Shown here one piece after another: positions 53,534 through 63,747 of a DNA stretch of 64,000 nucleotides; positions within the stretch are counted from its first letter, which is position 1; each line of letters opens with the position of its first letter. A program made the position numbers and the translations under genes. A model generated the notes under the pieces. It saw nothing but the letters and a program-made list of their open reading frames with translations, was not told where the DNA came from and searched no databases. The DNA comes from a virus. Location of the stretch: positions 14,387 to 78,386 of IMG/VR virus record IMGVR_UViG_3300009514_000004; one strand, written 5' to 3'.

Positions 53534-55875
53534 TGGCAGCCAAGTACCACTCTGGAAGGGTCCACTCGGTTCTGTTCGAGAACCCCGCCCAGGCGTTCTA
53601 CATCCTCCGGATGCTCCTCGACGGGCCTGCTGCTTTCGACGAGTTCGGCGTCCCGGTTCAGTACACCACGGTGAAGGGCTACGTCCCCGGCCTCGACGTC
53701 AAGATCGGGACGTGGTTCGGGTTCGAGGCGAGCTGGACAACCCACCCCAGATACGGCCGGCAGCTGGCCATCGCCAAAGCCCCGGTGCTCAAGAACGGGT
53801 GGGACCCCGACAACGCAGCCAACGTCCTGGTGTCGCACGGCGTGGGATCGAGCACGGTTCTCCAGGTCCGTGGGCACTTCGGCGACGACAAGTTCGTCGC
53901 CACCCTCGACGACGTCAAGCAGCTCGAGCAGGTGCCGGGCATCAACCGTTTCACGGCGATGCACATCAACCACCGGTGGAAGACCGCCAAGGCGTTTTTC
54001 AAGACGTTGCCGTACCTGACCGACGCCGGCATCCCGAAGTTCCGCATCGGACAGGTCTGGGGTCGGTTCGGCGACGACGTCGTCGACTTCATCAACGACA
54101 ACCCCTGGAAGCTCGTCGAGGTCGACGGCATCACCTTCGCCCAGACCGACGAGATCGCGCGCAAGCTCGGCCTGGACATGACCTCTAGTCACCGCATCCG
54201 CGGCGCCGTCCTGTACGCGTCGAGGGCGCAGAAGGTCCAGGGACACCTCTACTCGGGCTCGGGCCCGTTCGTGACGGCAGTGCGGGGCCTGCTTCGAGGG
54301 AGCGCCCCTACCCGCGACATCGTGACCAACCTGGCCGACGCCAACAACGAGGGCGTGCTCATCGTCGACCGGGACACCAAGCCGGGGACCACAGCCATCT
54401 ACGAGCCGGCGGCCTACCAGCTCGAAGCCGAATCCGCCCGCCTCCTGAGTGAGCGCATGAAGACGGCCTCCCCTACGGAGCTGTACCGGGACAGCCTCAA
54501 CATGTACAGCCCGGCAACCCGCAAGCTGGCTGAGGAGGGTGGGTCCCTCGACGATGTGGCCCGCCTGGCAGTCAAGGAGTGGGAGGCCTTGTCCAAGATC
54601 AGTTTCTCTCCCAAGCAGGTCACTGGCATCGTCAACGCCCTGACCAAGCCCGTGTCGGTCTTGACCGGTCTGCCGGGGACAGGCAAGACGACCAGCCTGC
54701 GTGCCTTGGTGGACATCCTGGCCGACTCCGGGGTCAGGTTCTTACAGGTGGCGCCCACCGGCATCGCGGCGAAGAACCTGGCCAGCGTGTCGGGGTACTC
54801 GGCGTCGACCATTCACCGGGCCTTCTCCGCCAAGGGGGAAACCGGTGGAGACCGGGATGCGACCTACGCGGGTGTCGTAGGGGACAGCAAGGCTCCCAGC
54901 GGCAAGATCGGTGGTGGGTGGCAGTGGGGGTACTCCCCGGAGGCTCCCCACCCGGCCTCGGTCCTGGTCGTCGACGAGTCCTCGATGGTCGACCAGGCGC
55001 TGCTGTTCCAGCTGCTGCATTGCACCAGTGACCAGTGCCGCATTGTGTTCGTAGGAGACGCGGCCCAGCTTCCCTCTGTAGGCCCCGGAAACGTGCTCAG
55101 GAGCCTCGCGGGGTACGACCCCCTCCCCAAGGTAGCCCTGACCGAAATCTTCCGTCAGAAGGACACCTCCGGCATCGTGTTCGCCGCTCACGCGATTCAT
55201 GCCGGTCAGGTCCCGGACACCTCGTCGTACAAGGCCGATTTCACCCTGTTCGAGGCTCACTCGGAGTCCCGGGTCAAGGAGATCGTCGAGCGTCTGGCGA
55301 TGAACCTGTACGCCAAGCGGCTCAACTTCCAGGTGCTGTCCCCGCGTCATGGCGGGACCGTCGGGGTCACCAGCCTCAACAAGCACCTGCGGGAGCTACT
55401 CAACCCCCGGGACTCCTCCAAGCGCGAGGTCAAGCTGGGGGAGACGGTGCGCGAGGGCGACCGGGTGATGATCGTCCGCAACAACTACAAGCTCGAGGTC
55501 GTCAACGGGGACGTCGGCAAGGTCGAGAAGATCGACACCTCGCGCAAGATCGTCATCGTCAAGGTGTTCGGCGCGGTTCCCCTGCACGTCGAGTTCAAGT
55601 TCAACGAGGTCGCGGTGTACTTGCGCCTGGCTTACGCGTGCACGGTCCACAAGAGCCAGGGCCTCGAGTACGACGTGATCGTGATGCCCCTGGTCGACGG
55701 GTTCAAGCACCAGCTCCAGCGGAACCTGCTTTACACCGCCATCACCCGGGCCCGACGACGGGTCGTTCTGGTGGGCACTCAGTCGGCGCTGAGCAAGGCT
55801 GTGCACAACAACAGAGAGGACGCTCGAAACACCCTGTTCATCGAGCGCCTCGAAGCCCTCCGATCAACCGCCTAG
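53533..55875 (+). CDS. recD2: RecD2-like SF1B helicase
   Basis: N-terminal OB and HhH region, GLPGTGKTT, VDESSMVD, VGD.AQLPSVGPG, LAYA.TVHKSQG.E, LYTAITRA. Confidence 0.93.
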   Translation: MAAKYHSGRVHSVLFENPAQAFYILRMLLDGPAAFDEFGVPVQYTTVKGYVPGLDVKIGTWFGFEASWTTHPRYGRQLAIAKAPVLKNGWDPDNAANVLVSHGVGSSTVLQVRGHFGDDKFVATLDDVKQLEQVPGINRFTAMHINHRWKTAKAFFKTLPYLTDAGIPKFRIGQVWGRFGDDVVDFINDNPWKLVEVDGITFAQTDEIARKLGLDMTSSHRIRGAVLYASRAQKVQGHLYSGSGPFVTAVRGLLRGSAPTRDIVTNLADANNEGVLIVDRDTKPGTTAIYEPAAYQLEAESARLLSERMKTASPTELYRDSLNMYSPATRKLAEEGGSLDDVARLAVKEWEALSKISFSPKQVTGIVNALTKPVSVLTGLPGTGKTTSLRALVDILADSGVRFLQVAPTGIAAKNLASVSGYSASTIHRAFSAKGETGGDRDATYAGVVGDSKAPSGKIGGGWQWGYSPEAPHPASVLVVDESSMVDQALLFQLLHCTSDQCRIVFVGDAAQLPSVGPGNVLRSLAGYDPLPKVALTEIFRQKDTSGIVFAAHAIHAGQVPDTSSYKADFTLFEAHSESRVKEIVERLAMNLYAKRLNFQVLSPRHGGTVGVTSLNKHLRELLNPRDSSKREVKLGETVREGDRVMIVRNNYKLEVVNGDVGKVEKIDTSRKIVIVKVFGAVPLHVEFKFNEVAVYLRLAYACTVHKSQGLEYDVIVMPLVDGFKHQLQRNLLYTAITRARRRVVLVGTQSALSKAVHNNREDARNTLFIERLEALRSTA

Positions 55876-55915
55876 ATAGCGTAACTAGGGGTAGCTACTA
55901 CTTTCGGAGCATGTC

Positions 55916-56347
55916 ATGAGTCTCGAGCTGACCCCTGAAGAGCGGGCGTACTTGCGTGACATCGCGCAAAGCGTCCGCGTTACCAAGATCGTCTGCACCC
56001 GTTCCGTCAAGGGGAAGGGCGGTGACACTTTCCTCGGTTTCAGCGCCGTCTGGGACTCCGTCCAGGACGATGGCGGCCAGGACCTCGTCTCCAACCTGGA
56101 GGACGAGGAGATCGAGATCGAGGGTCAGGCCGCCGGTCGTGACCTCACCGACGCCAAGATCGCCGCCTGTTTCGTAGCCCTGACTGTCGAGGAGCAGGCA
56201 TTCACCAACGCGGCAGCCAACGGTACAGTGTCGTCTGACCGGGCCAAGGCTCACATCAACCGATCCCGCCAGAACTACCTGCGCAAGATGATCGAGCTGA
56301 AGCGGGACCGCGAGGAACGGGATCGGAAGCGAGCGTCGAACACGTGA
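55916..56347 (+). CDS. hypothetical protein
   Basis: Lies within the replication operon. Confidence 0.75.
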   Translation: MSLELTPEERAYLRDIAQSVRVTKIVCTRSVKGKGGDTFLGFSAVWDSVQDDGGQDLVSNLEDEEIEIEGQAAGRDLTDAKIAACFVALTVEEQAFTNAAANGTVSSDRAKAHINRSRQNYLRKMIELKRDREERDRKRASNT

Positions 56348-57537
56348 CAGCGACCCCACCTGCAAGCACTCCCGACCAGCCGCCACCTTCCCTTCCGGAT
56401 GTCGATCAGGACTACGTCCAGCGCGTTTTCTCCGAGCTGTCGGAGATGGACGTACCGCTCGACCCCAACCCGTTGGAGCTAGGACCTCAACGCCTCCGGG
56501 AGAAGATCGCCGAGGTGCGCCGGATGCGGTCGCGTTGCGAGGCGATCTTCTTGCAGGTGTCCAAGGACCAGTACCACTACAACCGATTCCATCGGCTGCT
56601 CTCCACCGAGCTGTCGATCAAGACCAAGCGCCTCATCGCCGAGGATCCTGAAGTCCGCGCGGGTCGAGCAGCTGTCGATCGAGAAGCCTTGGCCCACATG
56701 AAACTCTGGTCGCTGGTCGCTGAGACCGAGCGACTCAGCAACTGCTTGTCGGATCTGGACACTGTCATGAAGGTGGTCAAGGCCAAGCGGTCGGACCTCT
56801 CGGACATTCAGGGTCGCATCAAGGACCAGATGCGGCTGTGCCACGACGAGATCACACACCTCCACGGGGTCTGGGGCTCCAAGCTCCCGCCCGACGCTGA
56901 CAAGACGCCGTTGCTCCCGGGTCAAGGGACCGCGATCAAGAACCCCGACGACCTCGACGATTTCCTCAAGGACATCGAAGGGGAGATGCACCTCCGTCCG
57001 GACTACACCGAGGACTACACCGAGGACGACGACGAGGTCGAGGTCGACGAGGTCGAGCCCGACGAGGTCGAGCCCGACGAGGACGACGACGAGGTCGAGG
57101 TCGACGAGGTCGAGGAGCCCGACGAGGTCGAGGTCGAGGTCGAGGAGCCCGACGAAGTCGAGCCCGAAGGGGATCCGGATCCGGAGCCGGAGCCGGAGGT
57201 GGTCGAGGAGACCACCGAGACGCCCGAAGAGGAGACGCCCGAAGAGGAGCCCGATCCCGAGGCAGTCGAGAACGAGCTGGTCGACGAGGTGTCCCTCGAG
57301 GATCTCGAAGAGGCACCGATCGAGAAAGCAGCTGCGGCACCGATCGAGACAGAACCCGAGCCGGAGCCGAAGGCGGATCAGAAGCCGAAGAAGCCGCCGG
57401 AGGCGGTAGACATCCTGCCTGGGTCGGCGACCGAGGCTGACGTCGAGGCGTTCCTGACGGGCACAGTGCCCGGCTCCGAGGATCCGTTCGGCGCGGTCGG
57501 CGACGATGACGTCGAGGCCCTGCTCAATTCTTTCTGA
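56344..57537 (+). CDS. coiled-coil protein with long acidic repeat tail
   Basis: Helical N-terminal half; E/D/P/V repeats. Confidence 0.75.
   Translation: MTATPPASTPDQPPPSLPDVDQDYVQRVFSELSEMDVPLDPNPLELGPQRLREKIAEVRRMRSRCEAIFLQVSKDQYHYNRFHRLLSTELSIKTKRLIAEDPEVRAGRAAVDREALAHMKLWSLVAETERLSNCLSDLDTVMKVVKAKRSDLSDIQGRIKDQMRLCHDEITHLHGVWGSKLPPDADKTPLLPGQGTAIKNPDDLDDFLKDIEGEMHLRPDYTEDYTEDDDEVEVDEVEPDEVEPDEDDDEVEVDEVEEPDEVEVEVEEPDEVEPEGDPDPEPEPEVVEETTETPEEETPEEEPDPEAVENELVDEVSLEDLEEAPIEKAAAAPIETEPEPEPKADQKPKKPPEAVDILPGSATEADVEAFLTGTVPGSEDPFGAVGDDDVEALLNSF
57001..57185 (+). repeat. GACGAGGTCGAG-type tandem repeats (DEVE/PDEVE)
   Basis: Imperfect in-frame short repeats. Confidence 0.85.
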
Positions 57538-57629
57538 TCAAGTCCCTCCGGATGGGGTATAGGGAGGCACACCACTGGCGCGCTTTGCTCGGAAAGAAGC
57601 CCAGCCCGCCCTTGCTAGGAGATACCAAG

Positions 57630-58349
57630 ATGGCAGTCGAAGAATTCGGAATCGACCAGGGTGACGAAAACGTCGCTGTAAACACGGAGCGCTTCAAGGC
57701 CGACAAGCGGAAGTACCGCATCAGCTTCGCGGCCTGGCACGTCGACGACGAGGGGCACTTCAAGATGGGGCCCGAGGACGAGTCGCTGACCCCGCGCTTC
57801 CTCTCGTCCAACCGCAACTACCTCTCGGGCATCGGGTACGTGCTCAACAAGGGCAAGGCCTGGACCAAAGCCATCGGCGAGAAGGGCAAGCGGGCTGTCG
57901 GGACGGTCATCGTCATCTGGCCGACGGACCTCAAGGGCAACATCCGCAAGGAGCTGCTCAAGGACCTGGACGCCATCCAGGTCAAGATGTGGGTGTTCGG
58001 CAAGGACAAGTACCGCGACATCAGCTCGACCCACCGCGAGTGGCCGCTGAACAGCCACGACCTGACGCTCGACTGCACGGAGACGCAGTACCAGCGCATG
58101 ACGTTCACGCCGTGCCGTCAGAGCCTCCTGCGCAAGTTCAAGGAGAGCGACAAGACCACGGAGCTGTACGCGGAGATCGAGAAGCGCGCCAAGTCCTGCT
58201 GGGAGGCACTGCCCGACGAGATCGGCCAGGAGCTGTCCCCCGAGCAGATCCTCGCCAAGAAGAGCGGCGACGGAGGCAGCGTGACCGACGCGGCGGTCGA
58301 TGCGGTCGCGGACGAGGAAGTCGACGAGATGCTCGACGAGATGATTTAG
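57630..58349 (+). CDS. probable ssDNA-binding protein (gp32-like)
   Basis: Aromatic-rich OB-like core, acidic tail DEEVDEMLDEMI, recombination operon context. Confidence 0.65.
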   Translation: MAVEEFGIDQGDENVAVNTERFKADKRKYRISFAAWHVDDEGHFKMGPEDESLTPRFLSSNRNYLSGIGYVLNKGKAWTKAIGEKGKRAVGTVIVIWPTDLKGNIRKELLKDLDAIQVKMWVFGKDKYRDISSTHREWPLNSHDLTLDCTETQYQRMTFTPCRQSLLRKFKESDKTTELYAEIEKRAKSCWEALPDEIGQELSPEQILAKKSGDGGSVTDAAVDAVADEEVDEMLDEMI

Positions 58350-58364
58350 CCGGCTCGGGCTGGG

Positions 58365-59042
58365 ATGCGCGTTCTAGGGCTAGACCCGTCGCTCACCCAG
58401 TTCGGCTGGGCTGTTCATGACACCGCGGAGACCGGTCGTGCACGCTGCGGCGCGCGCGGCCGGTTCCGCACTTCGTCGAAGACCTTGTTCATCGATCGCT
58501 ACGTCCAGATGCGGACGAACCTGCGGTCGCTCCTCCAGGAGATAGGACCGATGCGCGTGGGCTTGGAATTCCCGGTGTTCAACGACCTCTGGTCGGAGGG
58601 CATGTACGGGTTGTTCCTGTTCTCGTGCGAGGCGTTGCGGCTTGAGGGTCGTGACGTCGTGTTCTTCTCCCCGGGGCAAATCAAGCGCCACGCAGCGGAC
58701 TTCCTCGACCGTCCTCGTGGCTGGAAGATGAAGAAGGGCGACATGGTCGAGGCGGCCAGGACCGACACCGGGGGCAAGGGTCGGTGGAACCACAACGAGG
58801 CGGACGCGTACTGGGTCGCCCGCGCGGCGGCTCGATTCTGGCAGGTCCACGATGACCTGCTGACCCCCGAGGAGTTGACCGAAGCGGAGGCGCACCAGTT
58901 CCTCCGCATCCATACCTACAAACGAGGCAAGCGAGCTGGGCAGACCGTGCGTAAAGGCATCCTCCACCGGGAGGATGAGCGGTTTTTCCTGTGGTCTGGC
59001 CCTTCAGGAGGAGACACCCGTGCCCCGGAAAGCCGCGCCTAA
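58365..59042 (+). CDS. ruvC: RuvC-like Holliday junction resolvase
   Basis: VLGLDPS, LEFP and NEADA catalytic motifs. Confidence 0.82.
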   Translation: MRVLGLDPSLTQFGWAVHDTAETGRARCGARGRFRTSSKTLFIDRYVQMRTNLRSLLQEIGPMRVGLEFPVFNDLWSEGMYGLFLFSCEALRLEGRDVVFFSPGQIKRHAADFLDRPRGWKMKKGDMVEAARTDTGGKGRWNHNEADAYWVARAAARFWQVHDDLLTPEELTEAEAHQFLRIHTYKRGKRAGQTVRKGILHREDERFFLWSGPSGGDTRAPESRA

Positions 59043-60324
59043 CACCAAGGCGGCCACCAATAAAAAGGCCACCAATAAGACCACGACGACCAAGAAGGCC
59101 AAAGGCAAGGCCACTGCCATGGACGTGGTCGACGAGATGTTCGCCAAGGACAAGAAGAAGCTGAAGAGCCTTCAGGAGGCGGAAGTCCAGCTCGACACGA
59201 CCCTGCTCAAGAAGCCCATCCCGCACAGGTCGACGGGCTCGATCGTGTTCAACTACGCGATCGGCGGGTCCAAGAACGTCTTCGGGGTACCCGCCTGCCC
59301 GGGAATCCCCAAGGCCAAGATCACCAACGTGTACGGCCCCGAGGCTTCCGGGAAGACGACCTTCGCCCTGACCTGCTGCGCCCAGGCCTGTCAGACGGGT
59401 GGGACCGCGGTCTTCATCGACCTCGAGAACGAGGTCGTGCCGAGTTACGCCAAGGCTCTCGGCGTACCGATCGAGAAGAAGCGGCAGTTCCGCCTCTACC
59501 AGCCCGAGACTCTGGATGAGGCCATCAAGCTGGCGGCCATGTACGCGGCCGCTGGCGTCGACATCATCGTCATCGATTCCGTCGGGGCCGGTATCCCGCA
59601 AGCCGCTATCGAGGCCGAGGAGAAGAACAAGAAAACCCAGCTGGGTCTCATCGCGACGATCTGGTCGCAGAAGCTGCCGCGACTCAAGCGCATCATCAAG
59701 AAGACCGGCACGTCCATCATTGGGATCGCGCAGCTGCGGTCCTCCATGGGCCAGGGCGCCAGCACCGTCCAGGGCGGCCGCGTCTGGAAGTATTACTCGG
59801 CCGTGCGGATGAACTTCAGCGTCAAGGAGCAGGAGAAGGGCAAGGTCTACAACGCTGTCGAGAACAAGTACGAGGAGCAGGTCATCGGGGCCGAGTGCGA
59901 GGTCCGCCTCGACAAGTGCAAGGTCAGCGACCACCAGAAGCACAAGTACCGCTACTTCCTACGCTGGGGCGTGGGCATCGACGACTTCCGCTCGTACCTG
60001 CACGTGGCCCAGAACCACAAGGCCATCGAGAAATCGGGCTCCTGGTTCAACTGGGAGCAGCCCGACGGGACCATCCTGCGGGCTCAAGGTTACGAGAAGT
60101 TCCGGCAGCTGGTCATCGACACCCCTGGAGCTGTCGAACGTCTCGTGGAGCTGACCGTGACCCTTCTGGAGAGGGGCGCCGGGCACATCGCCTCTGATGA
60201 GGAGATAGACGATTTCATGGAGGTCGAGGACCTGCTCGCCAGCACCGGGGAGGAAGCTGACGTCGACGACATCCTGGCGGCGGCGGAGAAAGCGGTGGGT
60301 GGTAAGGAAGACTTCGACGAGTAG
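59020..60324 (+). CDS. recA: RecA/UvsX recombinase
   Basis: YGPEASGKTT, FIDLE, VIDSV, GG..WKYY...R, SGSWF. Confidence 0.93.
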   Translation: MPRKAAPNTKAATNKKATNKTTTTKKAKGKATAMDVVDEMFAKDKKKLKSLQEAEVQLDTTLLKKPIPHRSTGSIVFNYAIGGSKNVFGVPACPGIPKAKITNVYGPEASGKTTFALTCCAQACQTGGTAVFIDLENEVVPSYAKALGVPIEKKRQFRLYQPETLDEAIKLAAMYAAAGVDIIVIDSVGAGIPQAAIEAEEKNKKTQLGLIATIWSQKLPRLKRIIKKTGTSIIGIAQLRSSMGQGASTVQGGRVWKYYSAVRMNFSVKEQEKGKVYNAVENKYEEQVIGAECEVRLDKCKVSDHQKHKYRYFLRWGVGIDDFRSYLHVAQNHKAIEKSGSWFNWEQPDGTILRAQGYEKFRQLVIDTPGAVERLVELTVTLLERGAGHIASDEEIDDFMEVEDLLASTGEEADVDDILAAAEKAVGGKEDFDE

Positions 60325-60332
60325 AATGGGCC

Positions 60333-61565
60333 ATGGGCGTCACCGTCACCGTCACAGACTTCCAGTCGATCAAGAAGGCCGAGGTTTACATCCACGGGTT
60401 CACGGTCGTCACCGGGCCCAACAACACCGGCAAATCCGCCCTGGTGCGTGCGATCCGTGGGGTGTTCTCCAACATGCCCGGCCACAGTTTCGTCCGGCAC
60501 GGCTGTAAGCAGTCCACCGTCACCCTGGAGTTCGACGATGGCAACTCCGTCACCTGGGAGAAGGGCAAGGGGGTCAACCGTTACACCATCAACGGCAAGG
60601 TCTACGACAAGGTTGACCGAGGTGTTCCACCGGAGGTTGCGGATCTGGGGGTCCACGCTATCCAGGCGGGCACCCACACCCTATGGCCGCAGATCGCGCC
60701 CCAGTTCACCGGCCAGATGTTTCTGCTCGACTTGCCGGGTTCAGCTGTTGCGGAGGCCGTCGCCGACGTCGACCGCGTCGGTGCCCTGAACCGGGCGCTG
60801 AAGGCATCCGAGAAAGATCGCCGATCGGCGGCCTCGACGCTGAAGGTCCGTCGCAAGGACCAGACCAGGCTCGAAGGGGAGCTGGAGGCGTTCAAAGGGC
60901 TCGACGACGCTCTCGCCCTGGTCGCGGAAGCAGAAGCCGAGCGTGAGCACTTGGGGAAAGTGGCCGAGGCAGCGGTGTGGGCAAAGAACCAGTTCACCAA
61001 GTACGTCGCGGCCACGAGCCTGATCGAGCAGCTCTCCGGGGTCGACGAGGTCGATATCCCTTCGGCTGAGGACCTCCAGGCCCTCAAGGCGGAGCAGACG
61101 CGGCTCGAAGGTCTCGGGCGTCTCCACGAGAAACACAAGCAGGCCTCCGACCTGGTGGGACGTCTCAGGGGGGTGGAGAGCGTCGAGGTGCCCTCTTCCA
61201 AGGACCTCCAGGAGGTCCGTGAGGCCGCTGTAGAGCTTTCCCAGCTCGAGGCCTTGCTCCAGACCCAGACGCAGGCCCAAGCGCAGGTAGAACGTCTCCA
61301 GGGACTCGAGAGCGTCTCCCTCGACGTGGGCGCGACCGAGGCTGAGAAGTGGTTGGGGACCCTCACCTGGCTCGAAGCTCTACACAACCGAGGGAAGACC
61401 GCCAGGGACCAGGTCAAGCAGTCGCGGACCGACCTGGCCACCGCCGAGAAGGAGTATCAGGAAGCAGTCGCCGAGGTCTCCCGGTTGCTCGAAGGGTTGT
61501 CAGAGTGCCCCCTTTGCGGTTCCGCAGAGATGTCGCCCGAGCACCGGCACGAGGAAGTGGCGTAG
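60333..61565 (+). CDS. sbcC: SbcC/Rad50-like ATPase, N-terminal half only (ends at the Zn hook)
   Basis: FQSI, TGPNNTGKSAL, Q loop, coiled coil, CPLCG; no signature motif or Walker B. Confidence 0.82.
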   Translation: MGVTVTVTDFQSIKKAEVYIHGFTVVTGPNNTGKSALVRAIRGVFSNMPGHSFVRHGCKQSTVTLEFDDGNSVTWEKGKGVNRYTINGKVYDKVDRGVPPEVADLGVHAIQAGTHTLWPQIAPQFTGQMFLLDLPGSAVAEAVADVDRVGALNRALKASEKDRRSAASTLKVRRKDQTRLEGELEAFKGLDDALALVAEAEAEREHLGKVAEAAVWAKNQFTKYVAATSLIEQLSGVDEVDIPSAEDLQALKAEQTRLEGLGRLHEKHKQASDLVGRLRGVESVEVPSSKDLQEVREAAVELSQLEALLQTQTQAQAQVERLQGLESVSLDVGATEAEKWLGTLTWLEALHNRGKTARDQVKQSRTDLATAEKEYQEAVAEVSRLLEGLSECPLCGSAEMSPEHRHEEVA

Positions 61566-61571
61566 GCGGCG

Positions 61572-61691
61572 ATGAAATCCACAGACGACTATGATGCTCG
61601 AATTAGCGATTGGGTTGATTGGGCGGAGATCGTGTTCATCGTTTGCGGGATCCCGTTTCTCGCAGGCCTGGTCGTGGGGATGTGTATATGA
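61572..61691 (+). CDS. small membrane peptide (39 aa)
   Basis: One TM helix; ATGA overlap with sbcD. Confidence 0.5.
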   Translation: MKSTDDYDARISDWVDWAEIVFIVCGIPFLAGLVVGMCI

Positions 61692-62671
61692 TCAGGCTTC
61701 TCTGGCGCACCGACCTGCACCTGTCGGACCGGACCCCGCAGTCGCGGACCGACGACTGGACTGAGGCCATCCTCGGCAAGATACGCAAGATCGGAGACAT
61801 CGCCCGCGAGGTGGGTGCCGCCGGGGTCATCGACGGCGGGGACTTCTTCCACACCAAGACCCCAAGCAGGAACCCGCACCACCTGGTCGAGAAGGCGGCC
61901 CGAGCACACGAGGACTACCCCTGTCCCGTCTGGTGCAACATCGGCAACCACGACTGCAAGTACGCTGACTACACCCTGGTCGACGAGAACCCGCTGGGGG
62001 TCCTGTTCAGCACGGGGGTGTTCAACCGGCTGTACGACGAGCACGAGGCCATCTTCACCACGCCCGAGGGCCTCAAGGTCCGCGTTGTCGGCATCCCTTA
62101 CCACGGGGTCCGATACGACATGGAGCGCTTCCACAGCATCAAGAAAGGCGACGAGGACTGGCTCGTCGTGGTGGCGCACGTCCTGGCCTCTCCGGCGGGC
62201 GGGAAGATGTTCGAGGGCGAGGACATCGTCAAGTACGGCGATCTGCTCGAGACCGACGCCGACGTGTACTGTTTCGGGCACTGGCACATGGACCAGGGCG
62301 TCCAGTTCTTCAAGAAGCCCAACGGCGACGAGCTGGTCATCGTCAACGTCGGCAGCGGCTCTCGGGGGGCCCTGACCGAAGACGAGATGACCCGCGAGCC
62401 CAAGGTCATCGTGATGAGGTTCGACGCCGAGGACCTGGGGCTCGGCCAGGTCACCTTGGACGTCCGACCTGCCGACGAGGTCTTCGACATCGAGGGGCGT
62501 GTTCGGGCCGAGGGTCGGCAGATGATGGTCGAGGCGTTCGTGGAGTCTCTCAAGGACGCTCTACAAGGTCAGGAGGGAGCCGACCTGGCCGAGGAAGTGC
62601 GGCAGTGGCCCAACATCGACGACCAGGTCCGAGAACGCGCCGTCGGGTATCTGGAGGAAGCCCAAATCTGA
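61688..62671 (+). CDS. sbcD: SbcD/Mre11-like metallophosphoesterase
   Basis: TDLH, GGDFF, IGNHD, H and FGHWH motifs. Confidence 0.88.
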   Translation: MIRLLWRTDLHLSDRTPQSRTDDWTEAILGKIRKIGDIAREVGAAGVIDGGDFFHTKTPSRNPHHLVEKAARAHEDYPCPVWCNIGNHDCKYADYTLVDENPLGVLFSTGVFNRLYDEHEAIFTTPEGLKVRVVGIPYHGVRYDMERFHSIKKGDEDWLVVVAHVLASPAGGKMFEGEDIVKYGDLLETDADVYCFGHWHMDQGVQFFKKPNGDELVIVNVGSGSRGALTEDEMTREPKVIVMRFDAEDLGLGQVTLDVRPADEVFDIEGRVRAEGRQMMVEAFVESLKDALQGQEGADLAEEVRQWPNIDDQVRERAVGYLEEAQI

Positions 62672-62717
62672 TCCCCCTGGGTGGGGTAACTACTTCTGCA
62701 CGACCCAGGAGGAAAGG

Positions 62718-63689
62718 ATGTCGGGAGAGGTAGTCATCATCGCGGGGCCGCCGGCGAGCGGCAAGACAACGCAGGTCCAGGACTTCGTGGAGCGCGGTTA
62801 CACCCGCATCAACCGCGACCTCCTGGACAAGCCTGGCCACGTCGCGCGGACTGACGACTGCGCCCTCCATCTGGCGCAGCTCTTCGACTCGGGCCAGGCG
62901 ACCCGGTTCGTCCTCGACAACACGTACGGGACGAAGAAGCAGCGGGCTCTGCTCCTCGAGGTCGCCAGGGAGCGTGGACTCCCGGTCCACATCCGGGTCA
63001 TGTCGACGACCCGCGAGCAGTGTCAGTTCCTGGCAGCGCGTCGGATGATTCAGAAGTACGGCAAGATGATGACCGCCGCCGAGATGAAGGCTTACAAGGC
63101 GGAGAACGGTCCCGATCCCAACCTGTTCCCGCCGGTCGTGATCTCGGTCTTCTTCAAGAAGCGCGAGCAGCCGGAGCCCGAGGAGGGGTTCGCCTCCATC
63201 GAGTACATCCCGTTCGTGTTCGAGCTGGGGCCGGAGTACACCAACAGCGCGTACATCTTCGACTACGACGGGACGCTCCGGGACACGAAGAACGACGAGA
63301 AGTACCCGGTCGACCAGGACAACATCGAGATCCGCCCGGGCGTCATCGGGGTCCTCAATCAGCTGGAGGCGCAAGGCCACCTGCTGCTCGGCATCTCGAC
63401 CCAGTCGGGGGTCACCAAGGGCGTCATGACCTGGGAGGAGTGTCAGGGCCTGTTCGAGTACACCAACGCGATGCTCGGCCACGACATCGAGACCGTGTTC
63501 TGTCCCCATCGGGCGGGGCCGCCCCAGTGCTACTGCCGCAAGCCCATGCCCGGCTGGGGCGTGTGGTTCATCGAGAAGTACAAGCTCGACCCCGCCAAGG
63601 TCGTTTACGTCGGGGACATGACGAGTGACAAGACCTTCTCAGGGAGAGCCGGGTTCAAGTTCGTCCACGCGGACCAATTCTTCGCGTAG
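62718..63689 (+). CDS. bifunctional polynucleotide kinase / HAD 3'-phosphatase (PNKP-like)
   Basis: GPPASGKTT plus VLDNT kinase; FDYDGTL, CPH..C.CRKP..G and VGD..SD HAD. Confidence 0.85.
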   Translation: MSGEVVIIAGPPASGKTTQVQDFVERGYTRINRDLLDKPGHVARTDDCALHLAQLFDSGQATRFVLDNTYGTKKQRALLLEVARERGLPVHIRVMSTTREQCQFLAARRMIQKYGKMMTAAEMKAYKAENGPDPNLFPPVVISVFFKKREQPEPEEGFASIEYIPFVFELGPEYTNSAYIFDYDGTLRDTKNDEKYPVDQDNIEIRPGVIGVLNQLEAQGHLLLGISTQSGVTKGVMTWEECQGLFEYTNAMLGHDIETVFCPHRAGPPQCYCRKPMPGWGVWFIEKYKLDPAKVVYVGDMTSDKTFSGRAGFKFVHADQFFA

Positions 63690-63747
63690 GGATCCGGAAG
63701 CCTACGATCGCGCGGGTAGAGTGAGCGAGCCAGAGGAGGCTCGTTTC

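Noticed and set aside
56990-57190. CRISPR-like repeats
   Set aside because: Repeats are in-frame, short and spacer-less; they encode an acidic protein tail. No array was seen anywhere in the window.
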